In this document: one piece after another, positions 47,210 to 59,506 of the stretch
How the letters are laid out: each line of letters opens with the position of its first letter
Position numbering within the stretch: the stretch's first letter is position 1
From: Vitrella brassicaformis CCMP3155
Lineage: Eukaryota > Protista > Chromerida
Reading direction: 5' to 3'
Length of the DNA: 64,000 nt
Assembly: GCA_001179505.1 (NCBI GenBank)
Contig: CDMY01000520.1
Coordinates: 62,001 to 126,000, forward strand
The notes under the pieces: generated by a model
The model's database searches: none
What the model saw: the letters and a program-made list of their open reading frames with translations, nothing else
What the model was told of the DNA's origin: nothing
Position numbers and translations under genes: made by a program

Positions 47210-50200
47210 TCAGGTGATGTCGCGAATAATCTGTTTCCGTTTCACCTCTCTCTGCGCCTCCGACAGCCTCTCGTACAGCCGTCTCCTCCTTCTGTCGCCA
47301 ATCGAGACGTGATCTTCGCCCTCACGTGTGTGCAGCTCGGCGCTTTCCACCGCGTCCTCCACGTGCCTCAAGTCGCTCTCGCATTCATAGCACAGTTCCT
47401 CAGCCTCCTCCTGCGTGTCCATCAGGGCACACAGCGCCCTCCGTGCCACTAGCAGATGGTCGGGTGGTCTCGCCTCCTGTGCCGTGAGGCGGGCGACGTC
47501 TGCCTGAGCCATTTTCTGCGGAGTGATTGGCTGGGTCTTGAGTCTCATCAGCCGCTGGTCGACGTCGTTGATGGCCGCAAGGGACGAGTGGAGGACCTTG
47601 TGGTACTCCATCTCCGTGTCTCTCATAACTCTGATACCGCGGCTCCTCTTGCCCCTTTTCTTGGTTTCTTCGGAAGCAGTGGAGACGAGCTCAGAGTGCG
47701 CGGCAGAAGACGGTCGAGCTGGAATGGCCCGCTCCAGCCACATGCTCTCTGGGACGATATCGCGGAGTTGGCGGTTGATGTGGTGGAGCCGCTCGCTGTC
47801 CTCTGCATCTGGCAGGAATGCGCTGATGCCTTCAGACCGTGGAGTGCTGAGGTCTGAGGAGCTGATGCTCTCCTTGCTCTCCTGGCGGGGGTCGTCTTGT
47901 GCTCCCTCTGATAATCTTGCCTCCTCCTTCTTGGATACGCCTTCAATGCTCCGTGCCCTTTGCCGCAGATGATTCCGGTTGTTCCGATGAGCAAGGCCGG
48001 CTGACGACGAGGTCTGACTCATCGACGAGACAGATGGTGACCGGCTGGGCTGGCGCAGGACGGTCGATTTCCGTGCAGGTAGAGTGGTGGGATAAGTCGA
48101 CTCGGCTCGCTCTTTTCCCCTCGCTTCAGAACTGGTTGCGGTTTGTGCTTCCCTCTCCTCGATAATGCGATCCAGCCTGTGTATCTCTTGTAGCCCCTCC
48201 TGGATCTTCGTCCGAAGCGAAGAAGAATGTGTCTCCTTGTCCTCATCGTTGCGGCCAAATTGTGTCTCTTTCCGCTCCGTGCGTTCCGCAGCTTCAATCC
48301 TCTTGATCGGTATCTCTTTCACGGTGTCCTGCATGCATCACGCATCAGAGAGAAACGGAATTGCAGTACCTAGTGAAATTCGTCGACAACACTTTCGAGG
48401 CAGTGCCACTCACTTTGTCAAAGTACTTTGTGAGAAACGATGGGACGGCGGTGCGAACAGCTGCATGATCTTCTTCTTCTTGTCGCGTCTGGTCTTGCCG
48501 CGACTCCTGCGCAGCTTCGACAGCCATGTCCACCGACTCATCAAAGTCGGCAGGGAACGCCACAAGCGCCTCTGAGGTCCCCTGCTGCCGTTCGTGGGCT
48601 GCTGGCGAGCCCCCTGTATCTGCAAGGCTGGATTCCTCTGGCCCTGGCTGGTAGAATTTCTTGCGCCTCAGCTGGGAAAGATATGCATCAAGCTCATATC
48701 TCTGTCGCTTCGACCGTTCCATGGCTGCGTCAAGGACGGTCATGATGCTTCTCGAGTTGATGGGACCTGAGGTCTCCTCTGCAGTCGACGGGTCACCGGT
48801 GGGGTCAGATGTGCGTGCAGGTCCATGAGGGACAGGAGATGGGTCGATGAAGTCGCAGGTGGTGCCTTCTGTGACGGTCACCATCTTCGTTTGTTCCTTT
48901 CGCCAAAGCGATCGTCGCGAGGTTGGCCAGAATCCACTGGCCCTACGTCCAGTTTTTACACTGTCATGCACAGCCTCCTGCCTTGCTGTCTTGCTTCCGA
49001 TCTATGACACACACAACTCACAACTGACTGCATTTCACACATGACTGCAGTTCACACACATACACATCCATCCATCAACACGAGCACACCAACTAGTAGA
49101 CACCACTCCTGTGGTGGTTTCTGGCGGCTTCGCGCCGCTGACGCTTCTGGAGAAACTCCTGCACACGCACACATACAGCAGATATCCATCCATCCATCCA
49201 TGGGCCGAGGTGAACTGCACTGCATGAGATGGCGGCTTACGTGGAAATCGAACGGTTTCCTGTGTCTCTCCTCAACCATCTGGTCCAGTACATCGACCTG
49301 ACTGCCCGACCACGTCGACGAAAAAGAACCGATGTTAAACCATCCTGACATCACACACATATACACAAAGCGACAGATAAGGATGCATCGTTTCTCTCCA
49401 TCTCCCCGCACCCCACCCCAGGTGTACCACTTTTTTGTTGCCTTGCCGCGTTGGACTCCTCCATGGCCTTCTGGTTCATCTCGACTTGGTTGAGGTGGTC
49501 GCGCATCTCCTTGATCTGCTGACTGAGGTTGTCGAAGAGCAGCCGTATCTTGTAATACGCCTCCTCGCCCTCGTCGCTCGACTGCACTGTCGCCTCACTC
49601 TCGACCGACTCACTGTCAGCGGCAGCCGATATATCCTGGTAGCTACTCGTTGCTGCTGCTGCTGTGTGCCTGGCCGTGTGGGCATCCCTCTGCCACCCCT
49701 CAGCTACATCCTTGTAGTGCTCCAGCTCCTCCGTCTGCTGCTGCAGGGCCTCTTTGACCGACGATAGCTCCATGACGAGCCGCCCGCTCATCATCTTCAT
49801 CTGCGTCAGCTCGTCCGCGTTGTGCTCGATCCTGCTCAGCAGCTCCTCACGCAGCTGCTGCAGTAGACTGTCCCTCCCGTACATGCCCGCTGTCTCCTCT
49901 CCCCACCGTCGCGCGAGCTGGTCGCTGTCCTCGATAACCAGCATCCCGTCGAAGCCATAGGGCGCTGGTGCTGATGACGAGAGCTGGAGGGCGTGCTGGT
50001 CGGCAGCGGGTGGCAGGGCGACCAATTCCACTGAAGAAGAGTTGGCGACGGCCTGCATCTGGGCTTGGGCCTGGTCGTCGAGGCTGCTGATGCCGACGAG
50101 GAACTCGTCACTCACTTGGTCGGGTGCGGCCTCCTCTATGACTATGACAGTGGGCGCATCAACATCTGACATGACGAACAGCACCAACACCCAGGCAGTG

Positions 50201-50226
50201 CGCAGTGCGTGGTTGTCACTCCGCAT
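47210..50226 (-). CDS. Coiled-coil hypothetical protein (weak FSIP1-like segment); may be the 3' part of the upstream gene
   Basis: Long exons 49351-50172, 48370-48980 and 47210-48330 are joined by small exons (KPFDFH|EFLQKRQRRE..; YFDK|DTVKEIP). The segment LRTKIQEGLQEIHRLDRII recalls FSIP1, but only loosely. Confidence 0.55.
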
Positions 50227-53200
50227 GGTGCCATGTGTATGTAAAGGTACCTTCCAGTCGATCTTGTTGCAGCCCTTCTGCCGCTCCCTCCCTGTGTGCG
50301 GGATCGACAAGGTCCCCGGCGCTCTCGAAGACCCGCGACAATGCAGCCCTGACAGACAGACAGACAGAGAGACAGGGCAGTCAACATCGTGTGTATCGTG
50401 GCCATGCAGTAACGCATCAGCCTGTGTGCAGATAGCACCCACCTCTCAGGCCAGCTCCTTGCGAGGCGCGGCATGAGGAGCGTCAGCATGTCCGTGCGCA
50501 TCTCATCTGTCATCGCACACATCACATGCATCCAAAGGATAGCTGTGCTGTCGCTGCTTGGATGAACTCTCGTCGCCACTTGCGCGAGAATCCTACCGTC
50601 TGCCTCGATTTTGTCGACGTGCTCCGCGCAGAAGGCGGCCACGGCTCTGAAGAAAGGCGGGGTTCCCATCCCTACACACACACAATGCGCATGCAGTGAT
50701 CCATCCGTCCGTCGTCATGGATGTGTGTGGTAGGTGGCTTCTCTCCCTACCCGTGTCAGCGACTTGTTTGAGGACACCCAGCACCTCTGCCGGCGCCGCA
50801 CCGCTGCCCTCGAGGTGCCCAGCCATCGCCTCCTGAGCCCGCCTGTACGCCTTGTGCAGCCACACCGGCACACGGCCTGCCTGATGCAGCCCCGCTGGAT
50901 CTGTATCGTCCTCATGCTCGGTAGTGGCGGCGTCTTGTTGAGCGCCCTGCGAGGTCTCGTCAGGATCGTCGTGGCCCTTGCCGACCCATTGTGGTATAGG
51001 TGCCGCATGGCTGGAAAGGCAGAAGTCAGTGGCGATGCGCAGCAAAGCGGACCATTCAGCCACGTGCGGCCGGGGGGACTTCTGGGTGAGGGGGATCGAG
51101 ATGGCCTGCACAAACGGAGAGGACAAATGCGGCGGCCGCAGCAGCTTCTGTTGTGTTGTGTTGTGTTGTGTCGTTGGTTTCTTTGCCCACCTGTCTGCAG
51201 CATTCCCCGAAGGCGTCTTGTGTTATGGGTGTGCGTGCGAGTGCCGCCAGCACCTCCACGGCCCCTCTGAAGTTCATCTCGCGCCAATGCAGCGTGCAAA
51301 TGCTGAGACACAAGTAGGACACACAGCACAATACAGGCAGAGGCATGCAGACTCCTTCCCTCCCTTCGTCCCTACCTGTGCAACAGATGCCTCCGGAGCT
51401 TCTCGTGAGGAATGGCGTCATGGTGTGGCAGGAGGCCCACAGAGCACCGCAGAGGGATGGGCACCCACCTCTCCCTGTCAGCCTTGCTCGCCGCACGACC
51501 GTTTGCCGTCTTCCTCACGTCGCTCAGGCACTTGCACATCTGGTCGTTCAAAAAGGCGACCACGTCGTCCGTCGCCTGCTGCTGCTGCTCGCCACCCCTG
51601 GTCGCTTGGCGGACCACCAGCCACGACTCGAGGGCGCTGGTGAGCTCATAGAGGCCACAATTCGGGTGGCTAAACTTGCTGCGCGTCAGGCTGGCGAGCA
51701 ACTCGTGGTCTGCCGGTTCCACGGTGAGGATGCCCTTGGCGCATAGGAGGGCATATGACCTCAGGGACAGGCGGATGTCACCGTGGGTGAGTGCGCCTTC
51801 CTTCTTCGAGGTGACCGACGCTCTTGTCAGCTGCTTGACAACCACCCCTTTCCACAGGTCTTGAGCGACGTGGCTAAGGAGCGCCGGCAGCTGCCTGTCG
51901 AGGCCCCCGACCGCCCGCAGCATGATGACCACATCATGGGCTCTCAGGTCCGCCTTGAAGGGCTTCAGAGGGTCCAGAATGACACTCACGATCGTGCTCA
52001 GCAGCTCCTGCGCACTCGCCCTTTTCTCGGCTTGGGAGCCGGCCACAGCTGCGGCCATCTTGAGCAGCACGCGCCAGTCGCCCTCCAGCCCCTGACCCCA
52101 GCCCTCGGACCTGTCCACTCGCCGGCATAGAGCGGAGCAGACGGCATCCCACGTGTCATCGGGCACTCGGGGGCTCTTCTTGAGTGCGAGAGCCACGCCT
52201 GTGACTGCACTGACGGACATGTCGGTCAGTTGTGCCGGGGTGAGCTGAAGCAGCTGGTCGGGGGAAGGCAAACGGGGCGAGAGGGAGGGGGAGGTGTGAG
52301 TGGGGCCGGGGTCTGACGGGGGGGAGGGAGCTGCTTCCTTGCGGAGCTGGCGCTCCATCGCCCTGCAAGACCAGACAGACCAACAGACACACGAGTGAGA
52401 CGAGAGAATGCATCGTGTGCGCTGTGTATGAGTCTCACCTGGTTTGTATCTGCTGTGCGAGTGTCTTGTCGGGCAGGTCGGCCACATACTGCCCGAACTC
52501 GGGCAGTGCGGCTAGGTGACCGATGTGCCGCGGGTCGTCCGCCCGGTCACACAGCATCTCCAGCTCCTTCTCCACCAAACGCACCATCCTCTGCCGAAAT
52601 GTCCGCACCAGACCGGGCACCTCCTCCTGCCCCTCACCGCCACTACTTCCTCTCCCCCATTCATGACGGTCTCTCATGAGCGTCCGCCTGAGCAGTATGA
52701 AGCACTTGAAGATGTCCCTCTTCTCGAAAGGATGTAGTCGGTGCTGATCAAAGTAGCTCCGACAGTGCTGACCGATGACGGTCAGGCCCTCCTGCAGCCG
52801 GCTGTTGAGGGCGATCTCGCGGATGGCGGAGTGGGGGTGGATGGGGGAGAGGACATACTGCATGAGGGAGGTGAAGCTGCTGGCGGCCAAACACAGCTGC
52901 TGCGAGCTCTGAGGGCCGGCCGACTGCATCAAGGGCAAAACCGCACCATGCCAGAGGGACAAGAGCTGCTGCGGGCCGGGCAGGCCGCTCATCGTTGCCG
53001 GGTCAGCCGCCCCCTTGACGGCATGCTCGCTGTACGCCCGCACCACAATCATGGCCTCCGTCGCGTTGAGCGCCGTCGCGTTGAGGCCCTTCTCGCCCGA
53101 TGGGAAGATCCGTTGATGGGCCGCCTCATAGACATCTCGCGCCACATCGACCAGCTCAGGTCTTGAAAAGGCTGACACAGCGCTCACGAGCGTCTGTATG

Positions 53201-53484
53201 TCCTCACGGCTGACGAAGGGGTCGTTTCTTGCACGGATCTGCTGGGAGATGGCCGCGCTGAGGCCGCGCAACGCACCGATGTCTGTGGACTTGGCGCGCT
53301 TGAGTTGGAGCGCCTGCACGACCAGTGACCCCAGATCATTGCCAGCAAGAGAAAGAGAAGAGGTAGGCCCTCCCTGCTGCTGCGGGCGGCGGGGGAGAGC
53401 AGGTGGTCGTGTCATGGACTCTGCCGCAAGCCTGGCGGCCCGTGTGGTCGTTGATGATGACGATGCTGGTACAGCAGAAACCAT
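50216..53484 (-). CDS. Alpha-helical repeat-like hypothetical protein (possible organellar RNA-binding type)
   Basis: Long helical, Leu/Ala-rich exons (52435-53484, 51372-52370) and smaller exons such as GMGTPPFFRAVAAFCAEH. An in-frame splice GAAG|gtacc...tcag|ATGTTGAT could join it to the 47210-50172 coding region. Confidence 0.5.
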
Positions 53485-53488
53485 TGGG

Positions 53489-54570
53489 ATGGCTGCAAAT
53501 CCGAATTTGACAGCAGATCTGCTGTCAGCGCATCAACCTCGTCTTCTCTCAGTCGCTTCATTCCTTCCGCGCGCCAAGCTCGCGCAGGTGTGGGCAAGAC
53601 TGGGGGCTGCGTCAACGTGTCGGTCGCCCGTGCTCTTGTAAACCAACATCCCTCCCTGCGTCAACGTCTCAAAAATGGTTCTTTCCGGCGACGTGTGGGG
53701 TCGTGTAACGACATTCTTGGCCACAGAAACAGACGACTTCACAGCTCTGGCCCTTCTTGTAGGCTGACTGCCCCATCTCGCATCCTGTGTCCATTCTCCG
53801 TGTGTCCGTGCAGGAGAAGAACAGCAGAGATGGCGTCGTTACGTGGATGGTGAGCAGGGAGCATCTGAGGAGCTGCAGGGAGATCTCCTTTCGACATGCA
53901 AAACATCATGTCAAACACTTGCAGGACATGGAAGAGCCCGCGGTGAGCGAGGAGGACAGAGGGAGAGAGATTCTCAGGGATCTTCACCTCTATGAGTTGA
54001 TCTTTGTGCAGCGTTTGACCTTGTCAGGCAGCCTCAACCCCATGCGCTATCTGACTTCATTCGTTAACCTCAAGTCACACACAAGAAATCACCTGCTGCA
54101 ATGAAACATCAATCTGATCCCATCTCATGGATGTGTGTGTGTGTCCCGAATGGCTGTATGGTGCATGCAGGCACCTGCAGATCGGCAGCTGCAAAGTCTG
54201 TGAGACGCTCTGCCGTCACATCACTACCAACGCCCCGCGTCTCGAGACGCTCCGTTTCGTTCATTGCCACAACCTGCCCAACCCAGCCTGCGTCGGGCCA
54301 CCAAGACACGGCTGTCGGGCGAGAGTCCGCTACTTTGTGGAATGGCTGGTGAATCTTCAATCGATTGTCGTCATCCACTCGCTGACACATCGGGGAAAGC
54401 GGTGTGAGGGTGGTGTGGGAGACGTGTCCTCTTCTTCGTCTGCTGCTCCGACGAGGTGTCCTTCTGAAATGGGCGAAGAGGGACGAGTGGTGGTGAAGAT
54501 CACCCGGCCCTCTAGCCAAAATACGGGAATGCTCCGCTTCCTTACCCGATGGACACTCACGGATGAGTAA
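53489..54570 (+). CDS. Hypothetical protein, possibly F-box/LRR-like; structure uncertain
   Basis: Protein-like blocks LLSVASFLPRAKL, EILRDLHLYELIFVQRLTLSG and APRLETLRFVHCHNLP. I could not build a clean splice path. Confidence 0.35.
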
Positions 54571-54986
54571 ATGCATCATGACGTGTGGGACAGTCATATG
54601 TTGTTCTGTCATGCCAGCTTCATCATGTTGAAAATGCGCAGACAAGACGTGAATCGTGAACCGAAAGAGACATGACATGTATTCGCTTGGCCTTGATGAG
54701 GCGCACAGAGAGGTCCATGCACACACGCACACTGATATAAAGGTGGTCTGGTCTGGCTGGCACCACGAGTGGCACTGCTGTATGTCTGCACACGTGTGTC
54801 CCACTGAATGTATGGATGTGATGTGGTCAATGTGGTCACTTAAGGCCACGAAGCCAAACACCAACACACAAAGATCCTACACGCGCCCCGCCCTGCCTAA
54901 GGGTAAGAGGACTGCCAATCCCGTGAGCAACCAAAAGAAGTGACCGAGCAAATAACAACACTGTCGCCCGCCCACCAACCGACCGA

Positions 54987-57487
54987 CTAATGCCCTCTCG
55001 GTTCTCGCGAGTCTCGCCTCCTACTGTCGGGAATGTCTATGGCCACCTCGCCTTCCCTTCCTCCATCTTCCCCCGCACCCACACCAACACCCTCACCCAC
55101 ACCCACACCCATCCCGGAGCCGCCCCTGTCTCCCGCCTCCTCCCCCCTGTCATCGCTCGAATCGCCCCCGTCTGTCTGGACGGGGATCGCAGCGATCGTC
55201 ACGGTCCGCTTTCTCCCTAACACCGGCTTCTCCCGTTGTCTCTTCTCTCTTTCTCGCCTGGACGAGCCCCCGCCTTCACTCCTCTCGCCCCTCTCCAGGT
55301 CTTGGAAGGGATCACGGTCTCGATCTCGATCACGGGTTCGGCTCCCGGACAGCCTCTTGAGCAGGCTATGGGATCGCTCGCTGTCGGCTTTTCTGTCTCT
55401 TGTGCGTGAGGGGGCTCGGTGTGTGTCGGGGAGGGAGGGGGAGGGTGGGGCTGGGGCTGCATCGGACCGGTTGGCCCGGGGAGGGAACAAACGTCTCTTC
55501 TGCTGTGCGGGCTTCTGGGGGGCGGCGGGAGATGACTGAGTAGTGGTCGAGATATCCTGCATGCACAGTAGAGGAGGACGATGTATGTGTAGAGCGTGTG
55601 GATGGTTTTCCTCCCTCCACTGGTGTGTTTGTGTGTGCCGTGTTTAGCTACCCTGTAGTGTGCGATGAATGCTTCCTCCTCAGGCGAGATGCTGACAGCA
55701 AAGAGAAAGCCCCGCCACCAACCCAGTATGTCGATCAGCTCCCACAACACACTGCACGGCCAGATTCGCCAGAGACACACAGAAGTGACCATTCATGTGA
55801 TTGAGTTGAGAACGGGAGGGTCAATCGCCACGGACCGGCTTGAAAATTTGCTGACGTCCTTCTCTCTCTGCTCGATGTCGGGCATCCATGCGAATGTGCG
55901 AAACAAATACTCAGATGCACCCTCCCGCCACGTGGCATCCCTAACGACCACAACCACCACATGACAGACGGCCGGACAGGGAGACCAGACTGTATTTGTT
56001 GGATGGATGGATGGCATGGCATCTCTCTCCGTGTGTCTAGGAAGGCCACTCACCTTAGGTAAGCGATTTGGTTGACGATTGCGAGATAGCTCAGAAAACG
56101 CGTGGCGCTCCACATCGCTGGGGGGCAGACAGGATCGCAGCAAGCGTGGCGCGACTTGGTTAGCGTGGGAGTGCGTGCGTCCTTTCCTCACCCACCGGGT
56201 GAGCTCGTAAGCGCGAATTGGATAGAGAACAGCTTGAGCATTGGGATAACAAAGCTCCAGGGGACCACCAGGCAGAACAACAAACGCAGAAAGAATATCT
56301 CGCAAACCCTGAACACACACACACACACGCAGCCACAGAGGGAGAGACACCTGCCCACAATCCGGGCAATGTGTCTCCTTCCTGTCTCCCTCCGCCCACA
56401 CACATGGTGCTTTTGGTGTCCTGATCGCCTCCCTTCTCCCTCCTCCCCCCGGCACGCGACAGCCTCATCGCTACATTGGGGTTCCTCCTGTGTGCGGATG
56501 CGATGAGCGTGCCATGCTGAGAAAATGACGCCGACAGCTGCTGCTGCTGCTGCTGCGCCGCTGTGCGGTCGTTGAGGGACCGCCAATACTTCTTGATGAA
56601 GCGAATCGACGGAACAAAGCTGACATGCCGGACAGAGGGAGGGAGGGAGAAAGGCCTGTGTGCTTGCATGTGTTTGCATCGGCAGTGGGGGTGTGTGACT
56701 TACACGAGCGTGGAGAATCCAGAGAGCTGGATGAGGCTCTTCTTGAGAGACAGGACGTCTCCCGTTCGGACATGGAGGAAAAGCGACAAAAGCAGCGTGC
56801 CCATCACGGCCGCTTCCAGCCTGACAACCAATGACGGCACAATCCAATCCATGCCGTTCGTCAGAAACACCGGGCTCAGCTGCAGATGGCTGATTGTCTT
56901 GCTGTCTGACTCACTGACCAGACTTGGATCATGACGCTCTCATAGTACCCCTGGAACAGCTGCGCGCTCTTCTCCCTCAGCTTGCCCGTGTCGCTGAGCG
57001 CACTGAACGTGTTGAAGATGATGAACGTTCCGTTGACAACTATCATCAAAGCCACAGCCACCCCCTCCACATAATGCGCACCGCCGTGCTGCTCCACCAG
57101 CGCCCGAATGTTGGCCTTTTGCAGGCCGCGAGGGTTGAATCGCAGCCAGAACTTCCTGTGCAGCGTCGACGGTCGGCCGCCGGCACTCTGAGGTGTCTGG
57201 GCAGGCCGCTTTCTGCGTGAGCTTCTCGCGTCTCTGCCGAGAGTGGACGATAAAGGGCCGCCCGGCAGCCCGTCGCCGACTGAGATGCTCTGGGTGAGTG
57301 CGCGGGGGTCGGCAATCTGCCGCCTCGACGGCGGGGCGGAGGTGGACGACTGGGGCGGGAAGCCGCCAGGGTGGACAGTGACTGTCGCCGCCTCGTCATG
57401 GGATGAATGGGCGGAAGTGGGCGGGTCCACATTCACGGTTATCGACTGGGGTTCCAATGCTGCTGCTGCTGGTCTGTTGGATGCCAT
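54987..57487 (-). CDS. Multi-exon hypothetical membrane protein
   Basis: ATG 57487. Disordered N-terminus, hydrophobic segments (GVAVALMIVVNGTFIIFNTF; AAVMGTLLLSLFLHV) and a basic/acidic C-terminal tail ending at 54987. Confidence 0.55.
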
Positions 57488-57676
57488 CGAAACAGGAGGG
57501 CTGCAGCAGCAGCGGTTTCACGTGAATAAACTAGGGCCGACTTGCGAGCTTTTCGCTAACAGACTTTGCCCTTCCCTGGCGCTAACGGGGAGATCATCCT
57601 TCCTCCATTCCGGTTTGTGCATCTCCCTGAGCTCTTCCCCTCAAAGATCCTCTCCCTCGCTTCCTCACTGGTGATC

Positions 57677-58666
57677 ATGCGCGCCGCCATTGTGCTCGTC
57701 GCCCTTGCCCTCGTGTGCATCTCTCGTGTGAACACGGTTCCACTCAGCACCACCAGCAGAGAAGGCCGACAGTGGGAAGAGACAGGGTGTGAGTATCCCA
57801 GCGGCTCGGGAAACAACGAGCCACTCATCTGGGTTGAGAACATTGCCGCGCCTGGCGGCGTCGCGGACAACTGGGGTAAGCAGAAGAGTACAGGCGTCTC
57901 CGGGCACGTGGGCATCATTTGGTATGTGTGGGCCTGCAGGATACATTGGATGCGGGAACAATGGCAACATCTACAGAATCTTCTCCAATCACGTCCACCG
58001 CGGCACAGAGCACAGCCTGTCTGACGAGAAGTATAAGAGGAGTCTGAAGGTGGCCACGACACACATGAGACACTCCTTATCTATCTATCTATCTACCTAT
58101 CTGTCCTCCCTCCCTGCAGGACCTTTCTGGTGAGTTCAAGAAGGATGCATACGCCAAGGTGAGTGAACATAATGGCTGCTGCACATCGTGATGCAGCCAT
58201 CCACGTGCATATATGGTGCTCTGCCTCAGTTTGCGGAGCTGCATCTCAAGGAATTCCAGTGGGACCCAGAGAAGACAAGGATGAATAGCGAAGAGGAGAA
58301 AGAACAAAAGCACATCGGTAAGTTGACATATGGGTACAACAAGAGCAGAGCAGACCTGTCCCTCCTGTGTGTGCCGTGCGCGCAGGTGTCTCTGCCCAAG
58401 ATCTGAAGCAAGCGTTTCCAGGTAAGAGATCAAACGGACACGTACGTTTCTGGCCGACATGTGATGGCTTTCCGTCTGTGACTATTTCAGATGCCGTCAA
58501 CGTGTATATGGAGGCCGCGGGCGAGGGATCCACAGCCACCGACGTCCACTACGTCGACACGGATTACATGAGCTATCTCCAGATGGCGGTCATCCAGCAG
58601 CTGCAGGCGGAGGTCGCGGCCCTCAAAGCCCAAGTGACCAAGATGGGGGAACGCTCCCTCCGCTAA
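57677..58666 (+). CDS. Secreted 215-aa protein with a phage-tail-fibre-like tip and a peptidase S74 (intramolecular chaperone auto-processing) domain
   Basis: Exons 57677-57875, 57940-58049, 58120-58158, 58230-58317, 58386-58421 and 58491-58666 total 648 nt, all GT-AG and in phase. Signal peptide, then PGGVADNWGYIG...IYRIFSN...LSDEKYK, ELHLKEFQW, HIGVSAQDLKQAFPDAV, YVDTDYMSYLQMAVIQQLQAEVAALKAQV. Confidence 0.85.
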
Positions 58667-59083
58667 TCGACATATGCATGCTTATCTGGTTGAGTGCTGC
58701 GCTGTTGGGCGTGATCGGTTGGCTGTATTGTGCATGATTCATGAATGTGTGCACCCGAATCGACTTCCTGGCTAGCTACATCGTTGTAGCGTTATTTGTC
58801 TTGTTGTTCACGAGAGGAAGGTCACACCCATGGGTGTGAACCCGTGGCTGCGTTCCCTTGCTGACCCATCCACTAGCCTTAGTACTCCTCAGTTATTTGT
58901 GAGTGACCGTCCACATTATCATCATCGTATGACTCACTCGGTCGTGTATTTGTCACTCCTAGTGCATGATGTGTCTCTGTGCTCTCGGCGACCAAACCAG
59001 GGAGTCGTACGATAGCTCAAGAGAGCCAAACCTGCCTAAACAGACAGACAGATGAGTGCGTGAGCGTTGTTCTGTGTGTGTAT

Positions 59084-59119
<36 letters not shown>

Positions 59120-59506
59120 GAGTAGTCAGAGATTCTCCAAAGCGGAGAGCTGGCAGGTCGGCAGGGACAAATTCGTGATTGGAATTCATTGTGCGTGAGT
59201 GCGTGTGACGTGGTGATGCACATTGTATGGCGCGACACACGACGGGACACACGAGACATGCATCGGGATGAGAGCACTGAATCTTCGAAGTCAACGATTG
59301 GTTCACCTGAGCGACACACCAGCATTCATTCACGAGTCAAATCAAATGAAACATAAAACGAACGCACCAAGGCTTTGCGCATTCGATCGACATTCGACAA
59401 ACTGCACACATACATTCGAAGAAGACAGGGAAAGGGCAAGACGAAACATTCCGACCCCAGCTCTAACGCGAAAAAAACGGCAAGATCTCCCTCAGCAAAG
59501 CGTCGG

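Noticed and set aside
4608-55565. Scattered TGCATGCA (ApiAP2-type) motifs
   Set aside because: They lie mostly in introns among GCAT/ATGC-rich low-complexity sequence, with no clear promoter enrichment.
58950-59210. Possible small minus-strand gene (MNSNHEFVPADLPALRFG...)
   Set aside because: Short, no recognisable motif, and no convincing splice path or stop could be established.
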